From Pelagomonas calceolata (taxonomy: Eukaryota), in assembly GCA_918797485.1 (NCBI GenBank), contig CAKKNE010000001.1, forward strand, positions 5,518,001 through 5,582,000: DNA of 64,000 nucleotides. The letters run 5' to 3'. Shown here piece after piece: positions 10,589-21,597 of the stretch (position 1 is its first letter; every line of letters starts with the position of its first letter). The notes beneath the pieces were generated by a model, which searched no databases, had not been told where the DNA came from, and worked only from the letters and a program-made list of their open reading frames with translations. Position numbers and translations under genes: made by a program.

Positions 10589-11362
10589 TTAGTACACGAG
10601 TGCCCGAGTCCAGTCAGTCACAGTCTCGTCTTCTTCGTCGGGCTCCTCCGGGTCCCGGTCGTCTTCTTCGACGTCCGAGGGCTCCTCCTCCGGGTCCGGG
10701 TCTTCGTCGTCGACGATGCCCGGGCCGTCGGGACCGATGTCTGAGTGATGAGACGACGCGTACTCGTCGGGGGAGCGCCTAGCTGGCACCTCGAAGCCGT
10801 CGGGACTGCGAACAAACAACTCGACACGGCGGTTCGCCGAACCGGCGTCCTTTTCGTCCGATGGATTACCGAACGCCCAGACGAGCGGTCTTCTATTACC
10901 GTAGGAGATGACCTGGAGGCGCTCCGGCTCGAGGCCGCAGGCGAGGAGCGCTATTTTTACGTTGCGGCCGCGCTCGCGGGCGAAGATATACCCCGCGTCG
11001 CGCGGAGCCTCCAGACCGCAGTGCGCCTCGATCGACACGGAAAAGGACCGGTGCCGCTGCATCAAGGCCGCAAAGCGCTTGAGAGCAGGCAGACACGACT
11101 CGAGCAGGTCGCAGCTAAAGACCTTGAAATCGATGCACGTGCTGCACTCGCGCAGCGACTCCACGAGGGCTAGACGCTCGATCGTCGACAGGTTCCCGAG
11201 GACGGCGTCGCTGCGCATCGTCGAGAGGAACTTGATCGTCTTTACATCTTTTATGTGATCCGGCACGAATTTACAGCTTTGGCATAACCTAGCGATGTCT
11301 GCGGCATCAAGCAACCCGCATGTGTGTGCGAGCAGGTCGGTATTCTCGAAGATGGGTGCCAT
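10589..11362 (-). CDS. F-box-like N-terminus + OmpA/MotB-type C-terminal domain protein
   Basis: VSIEAHC...ARERGRNVK..L...GLEPERLQVISYGNRRPL...NRRVELFV matches the OmpA_C pattern. N-terminal LLAHTCGLLDAADIARLCQSCK is F-box-like. Confidence 0.7.
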   Translation of the reverse strand: MAPIFENTDLLAHTCGLLDAADIARLCQSCKFVPDHIKDVKTIKFLSTMRSDAVLGNLSTIERLALVESLRECSTCIDFKVFSCDLLESCLPALKRFAALMQRHRSFSVSIEAHCGLEAPRDAGYIFARERGRNVKIALLACGLEPERLQVISYGNRRPLVWAFGNPSDEKDAGSANRRVELFVRSPDGFEVPARRSPDEYASSHHSDIGPDGPGIVDDEDPDPEEEPSDVEEDDRDPEEPDEEDETVTDWTRALVY

Positions 11363-11384
11363 TTGCTCCCTGAGTTCTCTGTGC

Positions 11385-11521
11385 TCTCTGACGCTCTTTT
11401 TACAGAGTGATGCTCCCCGAAGCAGGGCTTGTTCACGCCCTCGCTGGGATGCTCTGATGCTCTCACAAGGGTGATGCTCTCCGAAGCAGGCCGCTTGTTA
11501 CACGCCCTCGCGCTGGAATGC
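11385..11521. repeat. Imperfect tandem duplication (~65-bp unit)
   Basis: GTGATGCTCCCCGAAGCAGGGCTTGTTCACGCCCTCG and GTGATGCTCTCCGAAGCAGGCCGCTTGTTACACGCCCTCG. Confidence 0.75.
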
Positions 11522-11862
11522 CGTTCGACACACTGACTTGTGGCTCTATGCTTTATACAAAGCGTTGCTACCGGGCCGTACAAAGCGTGTACGAGCTGTT
11601 ATGCGCAGAGAGCCGGCGCCATGGCTTCAGGGAACGGGTTTTAAACGCTCCAGACGGAGAGGCGTCGCGAGCATTCTGCGGGATGCCTCCCGCCGGAGGA
11701 GGAGGCAGAAATTCATTTGAATTCTACGGAGAGCCATGCTGGTGGCAGGGCATGCATCCGAAGCCATCGGCAGCTTCGCGAAGCGAACACGAACAAGGCA
11801 GCCGCGCCGCATCCGCCGCACGCCATCGAGCAGTTTCATCACTGCCGCAAAGGGCTGCCCCA

Positions 11863-13340
11863 ATGCTCGCAGCCATCACCGATCCATTGACCGTGGCCCT
11901 TGGGGGAGCTAAGCCCCTGCCAGAGACGGCGTCGCAGTGGCAGGGATGGAGCGTCACGGACCTGAGGACGGACGGAGGATGGCGCCGGAGCAGCCTCGTT
12001 GTAAATGGAGACGGCCTCGGCGCCGACGAGGTCGCATTATCGTACGCGTGCGAGTACGAGGGCCAGGCCACGCAGGGCGCCGCCGTGCGCAGCCGGGCGC
12101 AGCTCCTGAGGCTGCACGCGACCTTGGTGCACGACGCTCCTGGTAGCTTGGTCCCGCCGCTAACCCTGGAGAACGAGCAGGGCGTCGACGCGTTTGCCCA
12201 GGGATTGCTGAGGCATGGACGACTGAGGCGGTGTCGCGCGGCGGTCGCGTTTCTCGTCGATCTCGAGGGCTTCGAGAAAATCGCCAGTGAGCTGCTGGAG
12301 CTCGGTGAAGAAGTAGCTCCATTAGGACCTCGATTGGCCCTCCACGAGGCGACGCGGGACAAGCACGCGAACATCGACGCCGACGAGACGGCCGCCGTCA
12401 TCGCCGACATCCTGGAGTGGCGCCGGGGCCAGGACGACGCGTTGCTGGAAGCTAAACGGCGCGTCGAGGTCTTGCAGCGCAGCGAAGGCGACCTGTCGGG
12501 CGCGTGGCAGGCCGTGCTGCCCTGCGTGGATATCAAATTTCAGCCCCTCCACGCCATCGACGCGATCTCTCGACACAGGCGCTGACGGCGACGTTCTGGG
12601 CCGGCGAGCAGAAGGTCACGTCGGAGCAAAACCTGAGCGTGCTCGGCGACGCGGCGCAGCGGCGGGCGCAGATCTGCGCGCAGCAAGCGTTGCATCAAAG
12701 CCCCTGCGAGGAGACCCTGCTTGCTTTGGATGATGCGCGGGGCCACCTCAAGAGTGTGGCGCTCGCGGCGCTCGCCGTCGACCGCCTCCGCCGCCGGGGT
12801 CTTCTGATGAGACAGCGGCGGGAGCGGGCCCACGCCTCCTACACGGCGCGCAAGACGAAGCTGGAGGCGGCGGAGCGCGCCGACGAGGCCGCGGCCGAGA
12901 TCGAGGTGCCCGAGGACGACGTCCCCGACCCAGAACGCTCAACTTTGTCCCTGGCGCTGTCCGCCGTCGCGTTGCGGGCCCAGGCCCAGTACCATTCGTT
13001 GGGAGCGGCCATCGAGACGGACCTCAATGCTGCGCGGAGGGCGGAGGAAGAGGCCTTCAACGCGGACCGCGCCGTGACCGAGGCCCGAAAACGCTTCGCG
13101 TCGGAAGTTGCCGCTTTTTTGGACCGGTTCAACGTCGTCCGCGCGGCGGTCCTCGCGCGGCTGCTGGAAGCCTCCGCGGAGCACGCGGAGCGGCGGCGGC
13201 GCGCGTCGCAGGAGGTCCTCGACGACTTCCGCGGGTCGATCGGCGAGCGGTCGCCGCCCGCTTCTCCCTCGAGAATAGCCGTCGAGGCGCCGTCGCGGCG
13301 GGCCGCGGAACGAAGGGCGGCGGCGGGGACCGTGATGTAA
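11863..13340 (+). CDS. PX domain + coiled-coil (SNX-BAR-like) sorting nexin; intron 12514-12578
   Basis: VRSRAQLLRLHATLVHDAPGSLVPPL is PX-like. The 65-nt GT-AG intron joins WQA to ALTATFW in frame. Helical C-terminus. Confidence 0.6.
12522..12578 (+). mobile_element. Degenerate introner-like element forming intron 12514-12578
   Basis: Ends CTGCGTGGATATC...GATCTCTCGACACAG, flanks GTGCTGCC/GCGCTGAC (6/8), internal CCTCCACGCCATCGACGCG core. Confidence 0.75.
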
Positions 13341-13402
13341 TAGCTTGCTTTGCTTCTTCTACCCCACCCGCACGCCGTCGCCGCGACACGAAAAGATAAA
13401 AC

Positions 13403-14206
13403 CTACTTATACGCCTGCTGCTGCTGCTGCGCGCGCTGCTGCTGCGCGCGCTGCGCCGCCGCCTGCTGGTGCGCGGCGTGCTCCTGGGCCGCCCGGCTCT
13501 GTTCGAGCTGCCGCGCGAGGCCGATCTGATGATCTAACCGAGCGATCGAATCTTTCACCGTCTGGAGTTGCCCCGCGACGTACTCCCCTGCTTTCACCAA
13601 AGTCTCGACCTCGGCGGCGTCTTCAAATTTCGAGAAGTGGCCGTTCAGCGGGTGGGGCTCCGTCGGTTCTTTGGAGGCGGCCATGAGCTGCTGGTAGAAC
13701 GGTTCCCGCGGGTCCGTGAAGACGACCTCGTCGTAGACCTCCGAAACTACCGGTTGGTTCGCGGCCTGGGGTGTCGTGCCATCATAAAGTTTGACGATGT
13801 GCGACACTTCGACAGGTTTTTCCGTGGGGTCCTTGAAGTGGATGCGAATGTGGCACTCGAACTCGCCCCAGCCCTTCTCGCTGACTTCGAAGGGCGGTTT
13901 TGTGACTTCCCGCACGGGCTGGGCGAAGGACGGGTGGAGCTTGAAGACGACCTTTTCCACGAAGTAGCCCAGATCTTCGCCGTGCGGGCCCCGGACAAAT
14001 AACGTCCACTTGTGCGTGTGGAACTCGTCTGCTTTTCGTCCTAGCCAGAATGCTAGAGAACCATAAACGAGGGGACAGCAGACCGCGGCGTCCTTGACGC
14101 GCTTCGCTGGGGCGGCGGGTGCTACAACACCTTTGCCGCCCTTGCCCTTGGCGGCGCCGTCGCGCTCGCGCTTTATGCCGGCCGCTGGTGGCGGGGCGTC
14201 GGCCAT
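13403..14206 (-). CDS. YAF9: YEATS-domain protein (Yaf9/GAS41)
   Basis: HTHKWTLFVRG...VEKVVFKLHPSF...PPFEVSEKGWGEF...VVSEVYDEVVF. Confidence 0.93.
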   Translation of the reverse strand: MADAPPPAAGIKRERDGAAKGKGGKGVVAPAAPAKRVKDAAVCCPLVYGSLAFWLGRKADEFHTHKWTLFVRGPHGEDLGYFVEKVVFKLHPSFAQPVREVTKPPFEVSEKGWGEFECHIRIHFKDPTEKPVEVSHIVKLYDGTTPQAANQPVVSEVYDEVVFTDPREPFYQQLMAASKEPTEPHPLNGHFSKFEDAAEVETLVKAGEYVAGQLQTVKDSIARLDHQIGLARQLEQSRAAQEHAAHQQAAAQRAQQQRAQQQQQAYK

Positions 14207-14441
14207 TTTATTTGCTTGCGTGCAGCAGCGCTTCCTTGCGCGTCCCGCGCTCCGCGTTGCGCTGCGCCCTCACACCCTGTGTGCTGCCTGCTTGTGCCTA
14301 GTGGCGGCAGAGCTGCGCGTATTCACTTTTGCGCGATCGCAGGTGTTGCTGTGACAATTTCAAATATGTTCCACGACTGCGCGCGTCGTTCCAAAACCCT
14401 ATAAGCCGCCGGCGCCCCGCTAGCTTTGCTTTGCTTTTATC

Positions 14442-14465
14442 CCTAGTGTCTTACAGGCCGCTAGC
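14442..14465 (+). promoter_or_regulatory. CTAG-bounded intergenic motif, copy 3
   Basis: CCTAGTGTCTTACAGGCCGCTAGC, ~235 bp upstream of YAF9. Confidence 0.65.
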
Positions 14466-14981
14466 TTTATGCCAGGCACATTTTTTTGGCTGTGACGCGC
14501 TAAAGACGGGAGTTACCGTGCGTCGGCGGCGTCCAACCTCACTCACTTCACTCAACGCGCCCTCACAACTATCTCTGTCGCGCCGACCTTTTTGCGTATG
14601 GCTATGTTACAGCTATGTATCCTGGGAAATTTCAAGAGAGAGAGAGTTAAGCGGTCACGAACGCTAGACTGACTCGTGCGCCGGCGAAGCTGCGTACACG
14701 GAGAAACGCTCAAAAGGGCAAACCCCTAAGAGCGCCACCCGGACACACCTTCCGCCGCGCGGGGGGGCGCGGAAATTTCAGCGACGGCGGCGCGGGGAGG
14801 ACCGATGAACTCAGGCGGCATCCGGTGTTCTTCGATCGTTGCGTGGGGGACCCCACTCTTGCTTGGGCGTGGGGCGGCCGGCTGCACGTGTGCCGAGCTT
14901 ATTTTGCGACACAGTATTTGTCCCGCCCACAGCGTGCGTATCTCTGGTCGCAATCCGAGCGAGAGAAAAAGCCAATAATCG

Positions 14982-15004
14982 GCTAGCGGCCTATGGGCAC
15001 TAGC
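14982..15004 (-). promoter_or_regulatory. CTAG-bounded motif variant, copy 4 (no adjacent protein start)
   Basis: Reverse complement GCTAGTGCCCATAGGCCGCTAGC. Confidence 0.45.
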
Positions 15005-15077
15005 AAGCAAATACACGTCGGTTTGTCGTGGACAGCGTACAACGCGCCACGCAACCGCAATGAGCCACGTGAAATTA

Positions 15078-16838
15078 CTAGTTAGACAACTCGCCGCTCT
15101 CCGACGGCGCGCGGGCCTCATGGTATATCGACTGCCCCAGGTCGACCTGCGGCGACTCGTCCTCCTCGTCCGTCGCCTCCTCGTCGGGCGGCTCCGCGGA
15201 GGCCTCGTGGTAGATCGACGCGCCGAGGTCGGGGTACTCGACGTCGGGCACTGGGGGAGGCGCGGGCGGCGGCGCTGGCGGCGGCGCCGCGGGCGCATCG
15301 TCAGAGGGCGCGTCGCGCTCGTGCGGCGTCGGGAGATCCGCAGGCGGCTTCGCCGAGATCGTCCCGGCCTTCGGATCGATGAAGGGCTGGCCGGGCTCGG
15401 GCGGCTTCGGCGGCGTGTGCAGGGGCCCGCCCGGCCCGAAGGTCCGGGGGTCCTCCCAGGGCGGCACGTCGAATTCCTCCTCCTCCTTGGACTTGATGAA
15501 GCGGTGGAAGGCCACCTGTGCGGAAATCATTTCTCGGCGATGATGCGGCCGTGCTGGCTCCGTCGAGCGGCGAGGAAGCAGCACCGCCACGCGATCGAGC
15601 AGGCGTCGCGTCGATGGCGTGGAGGTCGACGCGACGATTCAGCACGAAGGCGCCGTGAATTTTTAGTTTGACTCAGAAAGCTACTCTTTCACACTCGCCG
15701 CCGTCGGCAAAACGCGACACCAGGAACGCGCCGTCCGCGCCGACGCTCACGACCGTGTTCGGCGTCTTGCCGAAGGCGCAGATCGTCGGCGCGTGCACGC
15801 CGCGCACTTGCGCGAAGGACCACTCGGACTCGAGGTAGGCCGCGGCCAAGCCGCCGGGGACCACTTTCCTTAGGAACGCGAGGTGGCTCTTCTGGTTGTT
15901 CTGCGACGCGTGGTCCTCGACGTACGGCGCCAGTCGGTTCGACGACCTGCGCGGCGACGGCGTCGTCGCGCGATATGTTGCTCCGCCGGCACGCCGAGAC
16001 GAAGGCTCCGTTGCGACGCCGGCCCGCACGCGTTCGGCGCGACGACACGCCCGCCCTCGCTCTTCAGATTGAAGACGTGCACGGTGCCCTTGTCCGAGGA
16101 ACACGCCAAATACTTGGTCTCGGGACAGAACACGATCGAGTAGACCAAGGCTCGGTCCACGCCTCTCCGGAACTCCCGGAGCTGCGCGCCGGAATGCGAA
16201 TCGAACACTCTGATCAAAGTGCCCTTGTCCGAGGCCGTCGCGAGCAAGCTGCCGTCGCCACTCAACGCCAATCTAGCTAAATCCGACTCGTGCGCCGCCA
16301 CGACCGTCGACTTGCGCGCGTCGTACAATTCGACGCGCGCGTGGCCGCGCGTCACGCCCGGACACGCGAGCACGTTGTGCTTGGGATGCGGGCACAAAGC
16401 GACGAGCCCGCGCGGGTTCGGCTGCGTGTCGATCTGATCTAGTAATTTGAGATCGGAGAAGCGGTAGACGTAGACCTTCGTCGCCAACACCACAACAACC
16501 CGGTCTCTCCTCAGCTTGACCGCGCGTACATCAGACCGAAAACTCAATTCCCCGACACATCTGTTTTGATGGTCGTCCCAGATCATGACCTTGTTCGGCG
16601 GGTAGCGCGGCGAATTCCCCCCACCGACGAGCGCCAGCAAATTGCACCGAAACAACATTTCCACGATGCCGATGCCGTTGTTGAAATTCCTCTTGAACGT
16701 CTCCTTGAAGGGGTCGACGTTGTAGATGCGGAAGCCGCTGTCCGTGCCGCAGGCAAAACAACCACTGTCCTGATTGAAGGCCACAAACAACATCTCGGTC
16801 GGCCGCGACGCCGACGGGTAGACGCGGTAGACGTTCAT
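15078..16838 (-). CDS. ATG18: PROPPIN/WIPI autophagy protein; introns 15947-16029 and 15516-15684
   Basis: FNQDSGCFACG, VEMLFRCNLLALVGGG, ATASDKGTLIRVF and FRRG motif. Both GT-AG introns restore frame (PNA|SSNRL, ECER|VAFHRF). Confidence 0.92.
15516..15676 (-). mobile_element. Degenerate introner-like element forming intron 15516-15684
   Basis: One end CTGTGCGGAAATCA, the other decayed (..GACTCAG). Flanks AAGGCCAC/AAAGCTAC (6/8). Internal CGCGTCGATGGCGTGGAGG core. Confidence 0.75.
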
Positions 16839-17111
16839 CTTTTTCTTTTGGTCTGTTCTGCGTCGATGGCGTGCGTCTGGCGGCGCGCGTGCGCTGGCGG
16901 CGCGTCGTAATGGGCGGCCGCCTGGCGCGTGGCGGCCGAACCTTGCCTGACCAGGTCCACGCTCTTCGGCAGAGCTGGCGCGAACCGGCACGGCTGGATT
17001 CCACTCCCCGCGCACACCGCGCAGTGTCGCAAGTACTGCGGTAGTCCAGCGGGTGCCGTAAAGCCCTAGGTATCTGGAGGCCTACGAAAATGCACCGGAG
17101 ACAAAAGCGGA

Positions 17112-17134
17112 GCTAGCTCCAGTAACACACTAGG
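17112..17134 (-). promoter_or_regulatory. CTAG-bounded intergenic motif, copy 5
   Basis: Reverse complement CCTAGTGTGTTACTGGAGCTAGC, between divergent ATG18 and HOP2. Confidence 0.55.
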
Positions 17135-17273
17135 AAGACAGGCGCGAACCGCGTGGCGCGCCGTAGCGCTGCAACTGGGGGCCCAGCGCTGGTGGAGGGA
17201 CTCGCTGTGACATATAACAACGCTGCGCTGTGCTTGCACGCCGCGTCGGCTGGACCGCGGCGCACTAGACACC

Positions 17274-18262
17274 ATGGAGCCGCCGGCTGCCAAAAAGCTG
17301 GCTGCCGGCGCGCGCAAGCCCGCATCGCTCGCCGCCGGCGCAAGCAAGCCGGCAGCCGCCTCGCTCGCCGCCACTGCGCACAAGCCAAAGGCGAAGCCCC
17401 AAAAAGTCCGCGGCGATCTCGCCGTGGTAGTCGCTGCGCGAGCCGTGCAGACACACTTAGAGAAATTTCAAAGACCTTTTACGGCGGCCCAGCTCTGGGA
17501 GAACACGCAGAGGGTCGTGGCCAAGAAGGAAATCGTGGCGGTGCGCGCCCAGCGTCCCGGACGCGCGCGGCGATGGCGTGCTGCGGAACAGTTCCGTGAC
17601 GGCATCACTCCGCGCAGGCCTGCGCGCGCCTCGCCGCGGAGGGCGACATCGCCGTCAAGGAGTTCCAGGGCGGCAAGGTGCTTTTGTACTACGCCGAGCC
17701 CGACGCCATGGCGCGCAAGCACGGCGCCTTCGCGACGCCCGACGCGCTCTGCGACGTGTGCTTCGACGTGCTGCCGGAGACCATTGGTGATGCGGCGCAG
17801 ACCGACGCCCAGGCCGCCAAGCTCGAAAAGCGCGCCCGGCTTCTGAGCGAGGAGCCGACGAACGACGAACTCGACGCGTTGCTGAGAGAAGCCGAGGCGG
17901 CTTCTTCGCAAGAATATCGGGTCGACGACGCCACGCTCGCCGCGCGCGTCTCTGTCTTATCCTCGGGCACGTTCGTCACGCCCGAAGAGCTCCGCGCGGC
18001 CCAGGAGAAGCACGACGCCTACCTCGCCAAGTGGAAGAGGTTAAGACGCGTCGTCATGGACGCTTGCGCGCGCGTCGGCGAGTCTTGTGATGACGACGTC
18101 GACCTCGCGCACCTCGCGGGCGTCTTTACCGATGAAGAGGCCGGCGTTCTAGCTGTGCCCGAGGCTTTATTGAAGGCGGCGCCGTCGTCGTCGTCGGCTT
18201 CAGTAACGGCACCGGTCGTCACGAAGAAGAAGCTCGGCGTCCGGAAGCGGGCCCGCGCGTAG
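17274..18262 (+). CDS. HOP2: Homologous-pairing protein 2 (TBPIP/PSMC3IP); intron 17541-17617
   Basis: Spliced N-terminal winged helix HLEKFQRPFTAAQLWEN...ACARLAAEGDIAVKEFQGGKVLLYY and C-terminal VTPEEL...YLAKWKRLRR. Confidence 0.8.
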
Positions 18263-18353
18263 CAAGACCCAAGCAAGACCTAAGTAGAAGCATGTGTGAA
18301 CATCGGGTCTGGTTCGGGCGCTAGAGAGATCCCCACGAAGACTTCCACGGAGG

Positions 18354-18543
18354 CCGCATACGTCCGCATACGTCGCATACGTCGCATACGTCGCGTACGT
18401 CGCATACGCCCGCATACGTCGCATACGTCGCATACGTCCGCATACGTTCGCATACGTCGCATACGCCCGCATACGTTCGCATACGTCCGCATACGTCCGC
18501 ATACGCCCGCATACGTCGCATACGTCCGCATACGTGGCCGCAT
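18354..18543. repeat. Minisatellite of 9-10-bp units (GTCGCATAC/GTCCGCATAC)
   Basis: About 19 contiguous CGCATACG-containing units between the convergent HOP2 and UBC4 3' ends. Confidence 0.95.
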
Positions 18544-18679
18544 GGTCCTTGTAAACGCGCGAGCCGGAGCGAGAGGACGCCTCGACGCCGCCGCCGGGAG
18601 GACACGCGGAAAAAAAACTAGGAGTATGAAATCACTTCTCGGTTAACGGGAGAGAACTACTAATGGACGACGGGCAGGA

Positions 18680-19509
<830 letters not shown>

Positions 19510-19850
19510 GCTCTAACGCGCCGTGGATTCCCCCTGTCTGGCGCGTTTTAATACCCACGCTGGCCCGAGGTCTACGCGCTTGCTAAATTCCAAAAATTGC
19601 TGGCACGCTTAGACGGCTACTCCGCGCGACGTTCGTGCGTTCGTAATGCTGAATGCGGGTGACCAAATTTTGAAACTAGTATGTCAACCGCTATATTGGC
19701 TCGACCTTTTTGCGTTTTAGGCGTGCTCCTACAGCGCAGGAGAATGCCCGGTGCGCGCGGCGACAGTGCGTTAACACATTGATCGCTGGCGGCAAGCGCC
19801 TGCGTGAACGGTACCGTGAAACTCCCTTTTGTAGACAGCTGTGCAGCCAT

Positions 19851-20402
19851 ATGACACCACAACAGCCACGCGAAGACGACGCGCGCGAAGACGACGCGCA
19901 CTCATCGTCGGACGACGAAGCCGGCACTGCATTTTCGGACTACGTAGCGCTGGACGACGAGGCGCGACGACGGCCGCGCGACGCGAGACCGGACACCTGG
20001 ACCGCGCCACCGCTGGGCGACGCGTTGAGACGACCACGCGTCGTAAAACCACCGCCGCCACCGGAATCAGAAGAGCTACCGCGCCCCCGGCCGACGAGCG
20101 TTCGATTCGTGCCGCAGCGACCGCCCTGCAAGTCACTGCGCGAGCTTGCGCTCGACACGCTGTCCGCGCATGCCGACTTAATTCCGACGGACGCCGTCGA
20201 CGCGCTCGACGAGGCGACGGCCGCCGACGTCGTGCGGTGGATCATGGCCAAGCAAAAGCTCACGACGTCCATCGCCCAGCGCTTCATGGCGTCGCGCCAC
20301 GTGGAGCTGAGTCGAGCGCTCGGCGAGCTCGACCTGGTCGCCGGCGTCTCGACCTACGGCGACGGCTACTGCCCTCGCTTGTCGCGGGGGCCGGGAATGT
20401 AA
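19851..20402 (+). CDS. Hypothetical protein with a BC-box-like segment
   Basis: ATG at 19851, acidic N-terminus and PPCKSLRELALDTL segment. Confidence 0.55.
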   Translation: MTPQQPREDDAREDDAHSSSDDEAGTAFSDYVALDDEARRRPRDARPDTWTAPPLGDALRRPRVVKPPPPPESEELPRPRPTSVRFVPQRPPCKSLRELALDTLSAHADLIPTDAVDALDEATAADVVRWIMAKQKLTTSIAQRFMASRHVELSRALGELDLVAGVSTYGDGYCPRLSRGPGM

Positions 20403-20479
20403 CAATAGACTGTGAACTTGACATTAGACAGGCACAACGTCGCCTCGATGGCGTGACAGGGGCGCGTCCGCGAGGAGGG

Positions 20480-21181
20480 TCAGTAATAGCCCGCGTGGAG
20501 CCAGAACTCGAGGATCTTCCGGACGAGCTCCGGCGGAAGAAGGGGCGTCGGCGCTAGGATTGCCGTGATCCGCGCGAGGTGATTCTGCGCGTACTTCTCG
20601 AAGCCGAGGTGGGGCTGCTCGTACCGTGTTAAGCCGCCGGCGTCTCTGACTCGTAGAGTGTACGCATTAAGGTTTGAGTATCGAAACTCGGCGCCGGCGC
20701 GCAAAAATACTGGCACAATACGGCGATTCCCCCTCATGAGTGCGACATCAAGAGGCGTCGAATAATCGTGGGTTTTCAAATTCACCGCGGCGCCTGCTTT
20801 GAGTAACAGCTCGCAGCAATCGATGGCCCTGGCGTTACGAAGGTGTGCTACCATGTGCAGCGGCGCGGAACCGTCGTGTGCCCGCGCATTCAGATTAACG
20901 CCCGCCTGAATTAGCAGCGACACCAACTCGACGTTCGTGCGTAATGCCGCATAGTGAAGCGGTGTAAAATTTGATATAAATTGTCGAGCCTCCAAATTCG
21001 CCCCAGCGTCGCGAAGGAGCTTGAAGCAGGCGACGCGGTCGCCGGCATCGCTTTTGCACAAGGCATGAAGAGGCGTTCCTTCGAAGGTAACATCGATTGC
21101 ATCCGGCAAGACTCCTTCTGCAAGGATTCGGCGGAGCGCCCCAACATTCGCGTCGCACGCGGCAGCGTGGATGGGAGCCAT
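20480..21181 (-). CDS. Ankyrin-repeat protein
   Basis: Repeated TPLH..A / LL.AGA units (GTPLHALC, FTPLHYAA, SAPLHMVA, STPLDVA). Confidence 0.9.
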   Translation of the reverse strand: MAPIHAAACDANVGALRRILAEGVLPDAIDVTFEGTPLHALCKSDAGDRVACFKLLRDAGANLEARQFISNFTPLHYAALRTNVELVSLLIQAGVNLNARAHDGSAPLHMVAHLRNARAIDCCELLLKAGAAVNLKTHDYSTPLDVALMRGNRRIVPVFLRAGAEFRYSNLNAYTLRVRDAGGLTRYEQPHLGFEKYAQNHLARITAILAPTPLLPPELVRKILEFWLHAGYY

Positions 21182-21227
21182 GATCAGGTGGAGGCCTCCT
21201 GAAGCCTCCTGAACTGTTATATGGTGA

Positions 21228-21328
21228 GGCAGCGAGATCACGCAGCCGAGTACTGTCTAAGCGCTGTAGGACGGGTTGGGCAGCGAGATCACGGGTGCGT
21301 ACTGTCTCTGGCGCTGTAGGACGGGTTG
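21228..21328. repeat. Imperfect ~50-bp tandem duplication upstream of the ankyrin gene
   Basis: GGCAGCGAGATCACG...GTACTGTCT..GCGCTGTAGGACGGGTTG occurs twice. Confidence 0.85.
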
Positions 21329-21369
21329 AGGCGGGCTGAGGCAGGCTAATACGACGCCGCGTCAAAGCC

Positions 21370-21393
21370 GCTAGCGTCCTGTAAGGCACTAGC
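21370..21393 (-). promoter_or_regulatory. CTAG-bounded intergenic motif, copy 6
   Basis: Reverse complement GCTAGTGCCTTACAGGACGCTAGC, between the divergent ankyrin and CSN1 genes. Confidence 0.65.
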
Positions 21394-21597
21394 ATTACTT
21401 CGGTCTCGCGCGGGCGCAGGAGCCGCCAGCTCCTTATCTGCACACCAGCGCCTTTTGCAGGACGCTCCGTCCTCTCGCAGCAGCGCAGCGTTCAGCCTGT
21501 GATCGCTGCGCGCGCCGTGACGCCAAGAGGCCCCCTCGCCGCGGAAGCGGGTCGCTCGCGAGGTCGCCGCGCCAGCGCGCAGAGATCAGCAGCGATC

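Noticed and set aside
14715..14732. AAACCCCTAA as a telomerase RNA template
   Set aside because: It has four C residues, which does not match a TTAGGG or TTTAGGG repeat, and no other support is visible.
18354..18543. CRISPR-like array or coding ORFs (RIRRIRR / ATYATY) over the repeat
   Set aside because: Units are contiguous 9-10-mers with no unique spacers and no cas genes. The ORFs are translations of the repeat.
19676..19695. CTAGTATGTCAACCGCTAT as another motif copy
   Set aside because: Too degenerate: the second CTAG and the TTAC core are missing.
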